This document shows, piece after piece, positions 18,975 through 32,220 of a stretch of 64,000 bases of DNA (positions are counted from its first letter, which is position 1; every line of letters starts with the position of its first letter). A program made the position numbers and the translations under genes. The stretch is from Octopus vulgaris. Lineage: Eukaryota. The notes beneath the pieces are model-generated. The model worked only from the letters and a program-made list of their open reading frames with translations, was not told the origin of the DNA and did no database searches. Location: positions 19,220,001 through 19,284,000 of the forward strand of contig OX597818.1 in the NCBI GenBank assembly GCA_951406725.2. Direction: 5' to 3'.

Positions 18975-19379
18975 TAGTCTTTTACTTGTTTCAGTCATTT
19001 GACTGCGGCCATGCTGGAGCACCGCCTTTAGTCGAGCAAATCGACCCCCGGGACTTATTCTTTTTGTAAGCCCAGTACTTATTCTATCGGTCTCTTTTTG
19101 CCGAACCACTAAGTGACGGGGACATAAACACACCAGCATAGGTTGTCAAGCAATGCTAGAAGGACAAATACAGACACACAAACACATACACATACATACA
19201 TAATACATATATACGACAGGCTTCTTTCAGTTTCCGTCTACCAAATCCACTCACAAGGCATTGGTCGGCCCGAGGCTATAGAAGAAGACACTTGCCCAAG
19301 ATGCCACGCAGTGGGACTGAACCCGGAACCATGTGGTTGGTAGGCAAGCTACTTACCACACAGCCACTCCTGCGCCTAT
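18975..19379 (-). mobile_element. SINE family A, full length
   Basis: tRNA-like head (TGGCTGTGTGGTAAG...GGGTTCAGTCCC), CORE-like TTGGGCAAGTG, and the LINE-shared 3' tail. Confidence 0.85.
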
Positions 19380-19769
19380 ATTTATTTCTCTCTAATTTCT
19401 TTTTATTGTTTTTTTTTTCCTGGAACCCTTATGCATAAAAAAAAAAAAAATCCGTCGATATTTTACAGAAAACTCCTGACAATCAATTAAAAATTTAATA
19501 AGACATAAAATGAAACAAAAAATTAATTGAGAGACAATTTATTCATATTTCTTTAAATAAATATGTGTGTGTGTGTGTGTGTGTTATCGGCATTTTGTCC
19601 GTCTTTACGTTTTGAGTTCAAATTCTGCTGTGGTCGACTTTGCCTTTCATCGTTTCGGGTTCGATAAATTAAGTACCAGTGAAACACTGGGGTCGATGTA
19701 ATTGACTAGTCCCTCAAAATTTAAGGCCTTATGCCTTTAGTAGAAAGGTTTATTGTTATTATTATTATT

Positions 19770-20406
19770 GAGTGAGAGAGCAATTCATGCCATCAAAGTG
19801 ACACTGGGGTAAAATATACGAAGCCCAATATACCCATCATGACTACCCGTCTGATAAGGGTACACCAGGCACATGCATCACAACCATATGTGCGCGACAT
19901 GGTGATCTCATATCAAGATAAACAGCACATGACCTTGCAGGTGGGGCCCTGTTAGAATTTACTTCAGGTTGAGTAGCCCATCACGCTCAAAAGGTCCCTG
20001 AATAAGGGTTGTTTAAAGATGTTGAAAGAACCACCCATGTTTCCAGAGGTGAATTATTCAAACCCCAAAGAATCCCTCTCAACACATGGCTATGATGCTC
20101 CCCCACTACTTCTGCTCGTGATCAGAGATGCACATATCGTCAGCCACTAAGGGACATGCTCAACTGGTTAAGGTCAAACAACTGACAAGCAAATCTGTGG
20201 TATTGAGCAGAATATTTGCTGTAGCCCATCTTTTATACCAAGACAAAACAATGTACATGATAACACTTCCAATCAGTTAAGATCAGAAGCCATGAGAGCC
20301 ACTGCCTGGTACTGCATCAGGGCATCCACTGCCTGGTACTGCATCAGGACATCCACTGCCTGGTACTGCATCAGGGCATCCACTGCCTGGTACTGCATCA
20401 GGGCAT
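19770..20406 (-). mobile_element. Non-coding repeat inserted in (TAA)n, with 4x tandem 27-bp terminal repeat (possibly non-autonomous R4/Dong derivative)
   Basis: Flanked by (TTA)n on both sides; CCACTGCCTGGTACTGCATCAGGGCAT x4 at 20299-20406. Orientation is inferred. Confidence 0.55.
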
Positions 20407-20411
20407 CATCA

Positions 20412-20473
<62 letters not shown>

Positions 20474-21414
20474 GTTGTTGTAGAATTTTCGTATTTTAAA
20501 ATTGTAATAGAAATTTTGTTCAAATTGTTCAGAATTTTTGCGGCACCCTCAGATTTTAAAGCCCTGGGCAATTCTTATTTGCGTAGCCCTGGAGATTTGG
20601 TTGTTATTTCTGCCAGGTAGAGAGATCGTGGACACGCCAGGGCCGGTCACAGAAATTTTTCGAACGGAGGGCACAACGTCAAAAGGGATTACAATTCCAA
20701 GAGAAAAGGGCGTAATAACATTATTTAGAAGGGCGCACTTCTTGAGGTGGGTACGTGCCTTATGTCCCCACTCCATCCTTTGGTCCGCTCCTCCACGCTC
20801 TCTCGTTATTTCGTCCTAAAAGGTAATTTCAACCAAGGTGTAATTCAAATAAACTGAGTAATTAGAAACAATGTCCGAAACTAGACATATACAATAATAG
20901 GTAAACAAAGTAAATAAACTCGTGATAATCTCGGCAGATAAATAAAACAGATCAATAAATAAATAGATAAACAATAGGTGTTGGATGCAGTTGAGTCCAC
21001 ACGTGAAAATCTCGGCTTAGAGCCACACCCTCATCTATAATATTATCTGACACTTCTTTCCCGTCAAGCAACACTTTCTATTTCTGGTTCCTATTGTCTT
21101 TTGACGTATTCCCAGTCACACCCATACACGTGAACAAATTCTACTTTTGTAGCCCTTCCTTTTTGTTTTCATTTATCATTAATGAATCAGTTAAATCGTT
21201 GTTAGCTTGTTTCTTTCTTTCATTTTTCGCCCACCCCTTCCTGCTTATTTCAATTCCATCATTTTATTCAGGTGACACCAAATGTGGGGACTGTAGCTTT
21301 TTCTTTTTGTTTTATAAACATCGTAAACAAACACACATATTTACACGTGTGTAACCACGTGTGTATCGTTAGCGATTTTCTTCCCCCGCCTTCCCTTGTT
21401 TGGACTTTCCTCTA

Positions 21415-21447
21415 TTTCTGAAGAAAAGCATTGCTCGTAACGTAAAA
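21415..21447 (+). ncRNA. Degenerate minimal hammerhead motif
   Basis: TTT-CTGAAGA-aaagc att gctc-GTAA(GAAA mutated)-CGTA-AAA; related to 25812. Confidence 0.45.
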
Positions 21448-21724
21448 TCCTCTTTCTTTCCTTTCCTGAGCGTCTGATAATACATTGTTTGTACTACGTC
21501 CTCGAGTTTTTTTTGTTTTTTTTTATGTTTGTTCTTCTTTGTTTGGATTCGCTACATAGATGTATGCGTGTATAAGTGTGTGTGCGAGCACGCATACTAG
21601 GTTACTGAACTACTAGGTTACGGGAACGTAATCAAACCAACACCGGCTGTCAAACGAGTGGGAGGACGAACACACACATATGTGTGCATATGTGCAGGTG
21701 TGTGTATATATACGCACACAAACA

Positions 21725-22630
21725 CTAGCAATGCATCCAGGCGTTGCCGGGATGTCATGACCTACAACCACATTTTGTTCCTTATGAGTGGAATCGGCAC
21801 AACTGATGTATAAATGAACTGAGTTAATGGCGTAATGGAAGTTATTGTTTGTTTAAAAGTGAAGTGGGGAGGGTACAATTTGCATAAGAAGGATCAGAAA
21901 CTATGTATTGTTTCATTGTATAAAAGGGGGTTAATACGATTTTACCCAGAAATCCCGTTTTCAAAATTTTAATTTACTCCCGTCTCCACCGCAATTTCTT
22001 AATTTGTAACATTTTTCGAATATTTGCTTTTAATCCGCGTAGAAAAATACAGAGATTACAAATCTGAGAAATATATATTTTTTTAAAGTTTAATTTTTCT
22101 TAAAGAAGCACTCAATACCCCTTACCCCACCCATCACCTACCCGCTTTTAAATAGGTAAAACCTCTCAATGTTTCACTTTCGTCTGAAGTTTCACGCATG
22201 CGTAGAATTGTACTGAAATAGCAGCCGTAAAAATACCAGACCACCACCAGAGAATCCGACATGCTAGAAACAACAGGTAAACAACATTATTTCTGAAGAA
22301 CTTTCCCCGCTTTCCAAAAAGCTAAAAGAGAAACATTGGGAGTTTGCAGCTTTTTGAAAGTGATGAGGTGATGGGTGGATGTTTGAGAAGGAGATTATTG
22401 TGTTTCTATAAGAAAAAAGGAAGAAGAAAATTCTAAAAAATTCGTACTCTCTGTTTTTTTTCTTCGTGGATTAGCAAGAGAAAAATTTGAAAAAAGTTAA
22501 AGCATGAAGAAATTGGGGTGGGAAGAGAGAAAATTAAAATTCTGAGAACGTGTTTATTGGGTGAAATTCTTATGTCATGTATTGAAAACAGAAATCGGAA
22601 GAAGTTTAGGAAAAAATAAGGGAGGGGCGC
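21725..22630. mobile_element. Helitron-like 3' end (minus) followed by a diverged long inverted-repeat region
   Basis: CTAG + CCAGGCGTTGCCGGG hairpin at 21725; ~22020-22150 is imperfectly inverted relative to ~22345-22480. Confidence 0.35.
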
Positions 22631-22841
22631 AAATGTCACCTCAGACATGCTAGAAACAACAGGTAAAGGACAGGAGTCCCTGAGAAAACTTCCTTTTAAG
22701 TTTATATCGATCATCACAAACTCAAATTACAGAATAGAAAAAGGTAATTTCAATTAGGTTTGAGCTGTAACTATGCGCGTGCACACAGCAAGAAATAACA
22801 TAATTCGTACAGAAGTTTTACCTAGAGTGTGTGCGTGTGTT

Positions 22842-22877
<36 letters not shown>

Positions 22878-23072
22878 TGTGTGTGTGAGAGTGTGTGCGT
22901 GTGCGTGAGAGAGAGAGAGAGACAGAGAGAGACAGAGAGTAAGTGAAGGTGCGTGTTGTCATGTATGTATTTTTTGTACTCTCTCTCTCACACACAGACA
23001 CACACACATTGTCTTTCATATAAACGTACATGAATACATATGCATACATCTTTTTTGTATCTATGTGTGCTT

Positions 23073-23140
<68 letters not shown>

Positions 23141-23472
23141 AACCGTATTTCCTCATAACATATAGAGAAATGGATGTCTTTTAATGAGTGACGAATTTGG
23201 AGAAACATTACTTTCATTATTCACACATCGTTACTCTCGTAACGCAATACTTGAAAGTGTGAAACTATTTTCACCTTTTAATGAAACCTGGTCGATGTAG
23301 AGCAATGTCTTTCAAATAACTATAGATGATTGTTGAGATAACGTAGAAAAATATGTAAATGAAAATAAAGTTTATTTGGTAGCTGAAAGATTACTGAATT
23401 TTTTTATACCCATGCATCAAAATCAGCAACTCAGCTTTCGAATGCATGAGGAACTTACACACACACACTATC

Positions 23473-23544
<72 letters not shown>

Positions 23545-23784
23545 GATGTAATGACAGTGATGACTAGGAGAAATTTGTAGAAAAAATATTGGAGAAAGGG
23601 ACACGCCGTTAGGGCTAGACTAGGACAAATCACCCTGAAATCACATCTCATCGTCTTTACAAAAACGCAGCAAGAGACCATGTGGTCAGCCACACGACTT
23701 GAGATAAATACCTGCTAAGTATTCTATCGCAAATCACGTCTGTTGTCTTCGAAAAAAGAAAGGACGCATTGTATAATGTAGGGC

Positions 23785-25178
23785 AGAGTTTCTCAGCCGT
23801 TTTTTTTTTATCTGTGACCCCCTTTGTTTATGTTATTCTGATAGATCCCCATAGACGTTTGATGTTTAAAAACTAGTTTTATAATAACTGCTTTCAAAAT
23901 TCCTATTTTGTTTCTCACACATTAACTTGTGTAGGTTAAACTATGTAAAATGTTAGAGAAAGAAACCGAGCTATTTCTTGCAATACATACCATACATACA
24001 TATAATGAAAAATTTTTCATGGACCCTTAAAATGCTATTGTGAATCTCCAATTTACTATCTTGTTGCATAGACCCCCCCCCCAAAAAAAAAATCTATGGA
24101 CCCTCAGGGGTCATACGGAGAAGACACATTATGTAATGTAGACCAGGGTTTCTCAACCATTTAAAAAAAATCTATGGACCCCTTTGTTTATTTTATAGCT
24201 GGGTGGATCCCATAACCATTCACGGTTTAAAAACAAGTTTTACAGAAACTTCTTTCAAAATCCCTGTGTTGTGTATTTCCCACATTAACTTATGTAAGTT
24301 GAACTATGTAAAAATGTTAGAGAAAGAAACCTATCTGTTTCTTGCAATACATACCAATACTAAGGCGGCGAGCTGGCAGAATCGTTAGCACACCGGGCGA
24401 AATGCTTAGCAGTATTTCTATTTCTTTACTACCCACAAGGGGCTAAACACAGAGAGGACAAACAAGGACAGACAAACGGATTAAGTCGATTATATCGACG
24501 CCAGTGTGTAACTGTACTGATTAAGTCGATTATATCGACCCCAGTGCGTAACTGTACTTATTTAGTCGACCCCAAAAGGATGAAAGGCAAAGTCGACCTC
24601 GGCGGAATTTGAACTCAGAACGTAGCGATGGGCGAAATACTTCTAAGCATTTCGTCCAGCGCGCTAACAATTCTGCCAGTGGTATTTCGTCTGCCGTTAC
24701 GTTCTGAGTTCAAATTCCGCCGAGGTCGACTTTGCCTTTCATCCTTTCGGGGACGATTAAATAAGTACCAGTTACACACTGGGGTCGATATAATCAACTT
24801 AATCGGTGTATCTGTCCTTGTTTGTCCTCTCTGTGTTTAGCCCCTTGTGGGTAGTAAAGAAATAAGTAGTTCGTCTGTCTTTACGTTCTGAGTTCAAAAT
24901 CTGCCGAGGTTGACTTTGCCTTTCATCCATTCGGAGTCGATGAATTAAGTAGCAGTTGCGTACTGGGATCGATCTAATCGACTGGTCCCTTTCTCCAAAA
25001 TTTCAGGCCTTGTGCCTAGAGTAGAAAAGAATACATACCAATACATACATCTAAAGCAAAGCTTTTTCAGGGGGGCCTTAAAATACTATTGTGGATCCGC
25101 AGTTTACTATCTTCTTGCATAAACCCCCAAAATCAATGGACCCCCAGGCGCCATATGGACTCCGGTTGAGTACCACTG
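23785..25178 (+). mobile_element. hAT/Charlie-like MITE (24144-25178) with an upstream tandem partial copy (23785-24118), split by a SINE nest
   Basis: CAGGGTTTCTCAACC ... GGTTGAGTACCACTG termini; the two units align including their 5' flanks. Confidence 0.65.
24361..25030. mobile_element. Triple nested SINE B with an internal inverted pair
   Basis: Outer TSD AATACATACCAATAC; inner copies 24419-24680 (-) and 24680-24866 (+) are inverted. Confidence 0.85.
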
Positions 25179-25714
25179 ATGGCCAAGATATACTATGTAC
25201 AAGAAAAACATGTTTGATTACCGCTGAAACGTTTTTGATCTTAATCGATGACGATTGACGTTATTCATTAGAGCAAACAAGGCAACCGCCCAATTGTACT
25301 AAAATTTTGAAACTCCAGACAAAAAAAAAAAGAAAAAGAAAAAGGAAAAGAAAAGCAAAAGGCATTTAAATGTTACACCAAAGCCTACAAAGCCTACAAA
25401 GTGTGGGGATGAACTGAGAAAGTATACCTGATTCCATCGGTCTGGGCCTGTGGAGTCAGGTCAGGAAGGGGCTCGTAAATACTTGACAGAACTTTATGTC
25501 AAAAGAAAAAGAGGAACAAGAAAGAAAAAAAGAAAGAAAGAAGGAAAGAAAAGACTTCGTCAGTTCCCTTGAATTTTGAAAGGAGTAAGGGTTAGGACCT
25601 GAAAATGATATAAAATGAAAGCTTTGCAAACTATCTCTAACCCTAAACTTGGTATTCCTACTTGTCAATGAAGAACTTTTGTAGTTGTTTGAACCGTGTG
25701 AAGATTATATATAA

Positions 25715-25744
<30 letters not shown>

Positions 25745-25746
<2 letters not shown>

Positions 25747-25934
25747 CATGACGCCATGATAGATCGTTAGCCACTACACACTTTTTTTTCTCTCCTTGTT
25801 TTCTGTGTCCGTTTCTGTAGAAGAGCGTAGGCTCGAAACGTAAAAGACGTTTTCTATTCCTGAGCGTTATACTAATACATCTATTTGTTTTGTACACCAC
25901 CTGTCTTCGTCTTTTGTTTTTTTCCGTAAACTCT

Positions 25935-25937
<3 letters not shown>
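25745..25937 (+). mobile_element. Short TA-flanked element carrying a variant minimal hammerhead (25812-25845)
   Basis: TTT-CTGTAGA-agagc gtag gctc-GAAA-CG-TA-AAA; homologous to 45809-45977 (-). Confidence 0.6.
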
Positions 25938-25965
<28 letters not shown>

Positions 25966-26100
25966 GGTCCCGGGTTATATAGTATATATATAGTAAAATT
26001 AATTTATATATAGAAGGATACAGGATAGTATGTTTCATTAAGAGAAATGCTAGCTTCCTGTATGTATGTATGTATGTATGTATGTATGTATGTATGTATG

Positions 26101-26158
<58 letters not shown>

Positions 26159-26387
26159 TAAGTAGGTAATATTATCATTATTAATAATAATCATGATAAT
26201 TAATAAAGTAGCTAGGTAAAATATAAACAAAACTCAGTCGGGTATTAAAATACCACTTGCTATATACAGAGCTATCGCTCTAAAATCACAAATTACTCAC
26301 TATTAAAATACACACGGCGAATGCAACTAACATAAGAGAAATCGGCTTATCTTGTATGAACTACAGAAGTAAGGAATGCGTATATCT

Positions 26388-26443
26388 CGGGATCAATTGA
26401 TTTCGCTTTCGGTATGAAAAAACAAAGTTAAGCTCGTCAGCCG
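26388..26443 (-). ncRNA. Type I hammerhead ribozyme with canonical core
   Basis: Minus strand: CGG-CTGACGA-GCTT...AAGC-GAAA-TC-AATT-GA-TC-CCG; all core nucleotides intact, AUC cleavage triplet. Confidence 0.85.
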
Positions 26444-26458
26444 GACTTAACGCAACAG

Positions 26459-26969
26459 CGAGAGGGTGCTGAAAATTTCCTGTAGTTGGGTAAAAGACAA
26501 TACAAGAGGATCAGTTAATTATAATTTTATTCAACACTAGCAGTATCGCCCGGCGTTGCTCGGGTTTGTAAGAGAAATAACTATATAAGCATTTTTAGAG
26601 AGTTACTTCCCTTATATAACCCGAGCAAAAATCATTAAAATGCGGAAAAATGATGGTAAATTTTTTTTAAATCGTAGACGCGCGCTAATACCCAGAAGGG
26701 CTCAATATGAATGACGACTATAAGATACCCGCTTTTGGTTAAACTGCACCGCAAAATGTGGGAGTAGTTAGGAATCTAAATCGGAGGAGACAGAGTCTCA
26801 CACACACAACTTTAATTTTATATATAAAGATATTCTCCTCTCAGATTCACACACTTATTGCAATGGTCCTTCAGTTTTTCTAAGCCTTGTAAAAGAACTC
26901 GGAGAGTTGGGCCTTCAACTAGACCTTTCGCGATACTCTTAAAGCCAGGAACTTTTTAGCACCCCCTCG
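26459..26969. mobile_element. Mariner-type MITE split by a Helitron
   Basis: TIRs CGAGAGGGTGCTGAAAATTTCCTG / CCAGGAACTTTTTAGCACCCCCTCG. Confidence 0.75.
26537..26830 (-). mobile_element. Non-autonomous Helitron inserted at A|T inside the MITE
   Basis: Minus strand TC start, CCCGAGCAACGCCGGG hairpin + CTAG end; removal restores TTCAACA|TATTCTCC with no TSD. Confidence 0.85.
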
Positions 26970-27052
26970 TTCATTTACATTTTTGAAATTTTGTGAAATG
27001 AAATGACAGCCTGGATATTGTATTATATATTGCTTACTTGATTCATGCTCTT

Positions 27053-27176
27053 ACTAGATGGGATGGGACATCCCAGGTTAGTGATCCCAGAGGCGTTCAT
27101 CGTGCGTAGAGCCGACCAAGTTCACCAGTGCTCCCTATCGTTGGTGGTCCTGTGTCAGTCCCACTGCATCCTCCAA
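27053..27176 (-). mobile_element. Probable RTE-type LINE 3' tip
   Basis: Minus strand gives TTNDREHW-like translation and a (CCATC)n-like tail. Confidence 0.4.
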
Positions 27177-27617
27177 GATGGTTCTTGGTCTCAAGCATTT
27201 GTCTTATGAAGAAAGGCTGAAGACGCTCGACCTTTATTCTCTAGAAAAACGACGACGCCGTGGTGATCTCATTCTTGCTCACAACATCATTAGAGGAAAG
27301 TGTAACCTCTTGAAAGAGCTGTTCTTCACTCCTGCTCCAGAGCGTCGGCTGCGGGGTCACTCCGAAAAGCTCTATCTGCGACGATTTCATCTCAATCGAA
27401 GGAGAGGGGCTTTCTCCGTCCGGGTTGCGGATCCGTGGAATAAGCTGCCGGGCGAGATAGTGAAGATGCCGACGACCGCTCGGTTCAAAGTCTCTCTTGA
27501 CCAGAAATGGCCTGAACTCTTTGCATGAACACCCTCCCTGTACATAACTCCATGTCCCCCTACATGGCCTTGCTTTTTGCTTTTTGAGCCAAAAAATTAA
27601 CTTAACTTAACTAACTT
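27177..27617 (+). mobile_element. CR1 LINE 3' fragment (second family) with (TTAAC)n tail
   Basis: SYEERLKTLDLYSLEKRRRRGDLI, RLRGHSEKL, FSVRVADPWNKLP, FKVSLD. Confidence 0.9.
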
Positions 27618-30004
27618 AAGTCGAGCCTGGGATTGGAGGTCTACCACCAAAAGCTGAATCCCGAAGGATTTGTTCCTTGCAACGAGGAGGCCGGTGACAG
27701 GAGGGGAAATTTGAACTCTCAATGTAGATACTTGGATTTTTATCAACACCAAAATCCTGAAACGCAAAGTTTATTTTGGCGTGGTTTGAACTGAGAACGT
27801 AGAAAGTTGAAACAAATACTCCATCTGAAGTCCTAAAGACTGTCAATTGGCAGCGATGCACGTATGCGCGCGCGCACACAGACTCCCTCTCTCTTACATA
27901 CACAAGACTCTCTCTCTTTCTCTCTCCCTCTTTCTCTCTCTCCCCCTCTCTCTCTCTCACGTCTACACACAATCGCAAGGCACTCAATGAGACGCTTCAA
28001 CAATTCTGTTAATAGCCAACTTCATTATCCAGTATATCCTACATATTTTCAAAGACAATGGGATGTAGTTTGAAGACGTCTTTACTACTATTTCCAGCAT
28101 GTTTAGCTACTACATTGAGGCTCGCTCGTTACTGTGTATTCTGATAGCAGAGTTCACATTGTTGCAAGTATTCGTACAGACCATACCTGTAATTATCCCC
28201 AACACTCACTTTTCTCCCTTACTACTGATATTGACTTCCATATGTGGGCGAAGAAGGATGGAATAATAAAGGAAAAGATGAGGGTTTATATTTTGCTAGC
28301 TTTACAACCGCTGCCCTAACGTGTAAAAATATAACATGCCAACACGGAGATGAAAACTATATTTTGTTCTCTCATATATTGATGACGACAGGGGGCAGCA
28401 CTGGACAGATATGACGTTTTTTACACCTTTTACCATAGACGGAATTGTTTCTCCCCGGTAACTGAAGTGAATTTGCCTTCAGAAGTGGAAATATGTCACA
28501 AACATATTTTAATTTATCTAAAGTTCACAAAAGAAGTGTCACCAAAATTTTGTGGGGAACTGTATTTGACATTGTTTGTGAACCGATACCAAAACGTGTA
28601 AAAATAACGTGTCTCTTGCACAGCCTGCATACATCTCGTTATATTTCACACGTTCAGTAAGGTACACTATCTAAATGCTTTCAAGTATTGGCTATAGTTT
28701 TCAAAATGTATGGATCAATTGTTATCTTAATTTAGATTGTGAGAAAATAGTTGCCTCACTTTCAAACATACTTTGAGCGAACAATTACTATAATTTCTGA
28801 TTCGAACAAAAGGCCAGCATATTGGAGGGATGTTTGTCTATTACAACGATCCCATTAAGAGGCTGGTATTTCATTTTATCGACTCCGGATGATGTTTACG
28901 ATGTTGCTTTAATATACCACTTTCACAGTGACCAGTCTTATTATGCTACAATTGTGACCTTGTTATCAAAAAATTACGACTGTTTTATTAATTATATAGA
29001 CTAGTGGACTTTTTTTGGATCTTTTCTATTCTGAAGCCAGTTTTTTCAAATTTTTCCTACTGAACCAAACAATTTGAAACTTCGTATACTGGTAGAATGT
29101 GTCAAAAGTAAACTTAATTGTAAACCAGAATGAAAACGGAATTGTAACTTCTAAGTTTAACGTTGTTTAATAATTAGAATTTTAATCAATGATATTCCGT
29201 CATTCGGCTTTATTTTATTTACTCCATCTCGACCACCAATTTGGTGACGTATTAAACATCTTAAATGTAAACAAGCCGCATGTCTCCGTGAAATCTTCTA
29301 ATTATTTAACGTACTCATGTTTCCAGGATCCTATAGTCAGCCACCTTCTAATAACAATATTTAAAACTAGTTAATAAGCCACATGTATTAAATTGAAAAT
29401 GTTTCCATTCTGTTAGTACTTGCTTTCGTTTGCTATTAAGAAGTGGCATCTCAGTGACGAGGCTTCTAACAAGATTTCGTTTCTAAGCTAATGCGTTTCA
29501 TTTCACTTATTGTATTTATTTGTGCAAAAGGCAATAAATTTAATATTAAAAAAGCAAAGAGCTGGCAGAAACGTTAGCACGCCGGGCGAAATGCGTAGCC
29601 GTATTTCGTCTGCCGTTACGTTCTGTGTTTGTTTACAGTTTTCCGAACGTTAGTACGTCACAAAAGCGCTTTCTACGTCACACTAATAGAATGCAGTCAA
29701 GTTTTACACATGAAAACAAACAATCTGATTGGTTAAAATTCGCAGTTTTAATCTACGATTAAAGTCATAAAATAGATTTTTCTCAAATAAACTAGTTCCA
29801 ACCTGTGTCTTGTTTTGCTAGGCTCTATCAGCATACGAAGTTTCAGAATATTTAGTTAAGTAGAAAGATCTGTGGTCCCTTTTTTTTAGAAAAATTAGAA
29901 ATATATATATATATGTGTGTGTATGTGTGTGTATGTATACATACATATATACTTGCGTACGTGTATGCGTGCATGCATGTATTTATGGGTATACGTGTGT
30001 TATC

Positions 30005-30245
30005 ACGTGGTCACGTGACCGACCAGACCATCACAATGTTTTAGCCTTCGAATGACGCCACCCCGCTGGATAAGCGAGCAGGCCAAGAGAAGAAAGAGTG
30101 GGAGAAAGAGTGGTGCCGGAGCCTCGTGGAGCTTTTAGGTGTTTTCGCTCAATAAACACTCACAACGCCCGATCTGGGAATCGAAACCGCGATCCTGTGA
30201 CCGCGAGTCCGCTACTCTAACCACTAGGCCATTGCACCTCCACAC
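30005..30245 (-). mobile_element. SINE family C (tRNA-Arg-like head)
   Basis: TGGCCTAGTGGTTAGAGTAGCGGACTCGCGGTC...GGTTTCGATTCCC; homologous to 34170, 40161 and 53995. Confidence 0.75.
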
Positions 30246-30250
30246 GTGTG

Positions 30251-30328
<78 letters not shown>

Positions 30329-30599
30329 CTTCTACTAAAGGATCTCGTAAAAACCGCACCTAAAGGCAAACCGACAGGTAGAAGGAAAGATGAAATGACG
30401 GCAATCATCTGCATTTTGTTACCACGGACGTATCGTTTTAGGATATATAATTGTGAATAATTGTATATTAAATTTTGAATACTAGAATGCGTATTCAATC
30501 AGTGTCAGCGAGCAAAGCATTACAGTATTCAAAGTTTGAATAGTTTTGTCAGCCCTTCCATGAAAGAAATGCTGTGGTCATTTACTGGGATAAAATATG

Positions 30600-30740
30600 G
30601 TTATGTAATATAAAGGTGAAATTAATTAATTGGATAATTATCATTAGTAGATTTCGTATGTAAAGCCCATTCGGGAAAATTTAAGTAATACTAGTAATTA
30701 AGGGTTTGCAGATTCACATACGATTTAGAAATAGCAGTCA

Positions 30741-30836
<96 letters not shown>

Positions 30837-30842
30837 TATATA

Positions 30843-30883
<41 letters not shown>

Positions 30884-30985
30884 ATTATATAATGTAATAT
30901 TTTGAATTCGCCTTAAATGGTCCTTTTACATACTGAATACTTGGTGAAATTGATTAATAACTAATTAATTTTACCCTCAATTGTT
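30600..30985. repeat. Two diverged copies of an AT-rich element in inverted orientation around a (TA)n tract
   Basis: GGTGAAATTAATTAAT...GTATGTAAAG is inverted relative to TTTTACATAC...TAATTAATTTTACC; a related copy lies at 44400-44500. Confidence 0.5.
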
Positions 30986-30986
30986 G

Positions 30987-31018
<32 letters not shown>

Positions 31019-31869
31019 GTATGTATGTATATGTTTGCTTGTGTGCATGAATGCGTATGTGTGTATATGTATGTACGTGTATGTGTATGCATGTGTGTGT
31101 ATGTGTATATATATGCATGCATGCGTACGGGTTTAAATATACAAGTACGCAAGCCTATATAATAATGCATACACACACACACATATAGGTACATGTGCGC
31201 GTGCGTATATCAATAAACTCTTCTTGTTTTCTTTCTCTCTGATTCCCCTACCCACACTATCACATTAGCCAGTAGAACAAACACATAAGTCTATTTATAG
31301 AAACTTGACCATTCTTAGTATTCTTCCCTTCCGTTTTGCGATGTACTACTCACTTTAGAACCCCCCCTCCTATACCTTTTACTGTACATGTCCTTTAATA
31401 CCATTCTAATATATTCATTACTTACATTTTTATCTCTTCTTAGCCCTTCCCTACTTCTCTCCCTTCCCTCTTTTAATATCTTGACCACCAACTACCACTC
31501 CTTTTTTCTTTTTTCTCACTTCCTTACACTTTTTTCATCTTCCCCTCTTGTTTTCATTTTCACTTCCTCTTTCTTTCCTTCTTCTTTTTTCACCTTTTCT
31601 GTTGACCTTTCCCTTCATTTTAACATACGCATTTCTTCTCCCCTCTCTATCCACGTAATACTACTACATTATCAAATTTTCATTCACACCACAAGACCCC
31701 TTTGAACGAGCAGCACATGGGATCTACGTCACCACACTTTCCATTTATGATGACAAAATATGAACTCCTATTGGAATTTACATATCACGGATAGGAAGCA
31801 TTTCTACCACTTCTACACACCACTTTTCTTGGATAATGGAACGGCAACTATAACATCTTTATACATACG

Positions 31870-32220
31870 TGGATGTGTAGTAAGAAGGTTCCGGGTTCAG
31901 TCCTACTGCGTGGCACCTTGTGACCTCGGCCCGATCAAAGCCTTCTGAGTGGATTTGGTAAACTGAAAAAATGCCGATCGTATACATATATATGTGTCAG
32001 TGTTTGTCACACCCGCCTAAATCGCTTGACAGCCGGTGTTAGTGTGTTTACGTCCCCGAAATGTAGCTGTTCGGTCTAAGAGATTGATGGAATAAGTACT
32101 AGGCTTTTAAACAAAAAATAGTACTGGGATCGATTCATTCAACTAAAAAATGTTTTCAAGGCAGTGCTCCAGCATTGCCGCAGTCTAATGCCTGAAACAA
32201 GGTAAAAGATAAAAGATGAT
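31870..32220 (+). mobile_element. SINE family A
   Basis: Head, body and shared tail are all recognisable. Confidence 0.75.

Noticed and set aside
20299-20406. CRISPR-like 27-bp direct repeats
   Set aside because: There are no spacers or cas genes, and the context is eukaryotic.
29450-29500. HHR-like GTGACGA-GGCTT...AAGCT
   Set aside because: It lacks both the C of the core and the GAAA.
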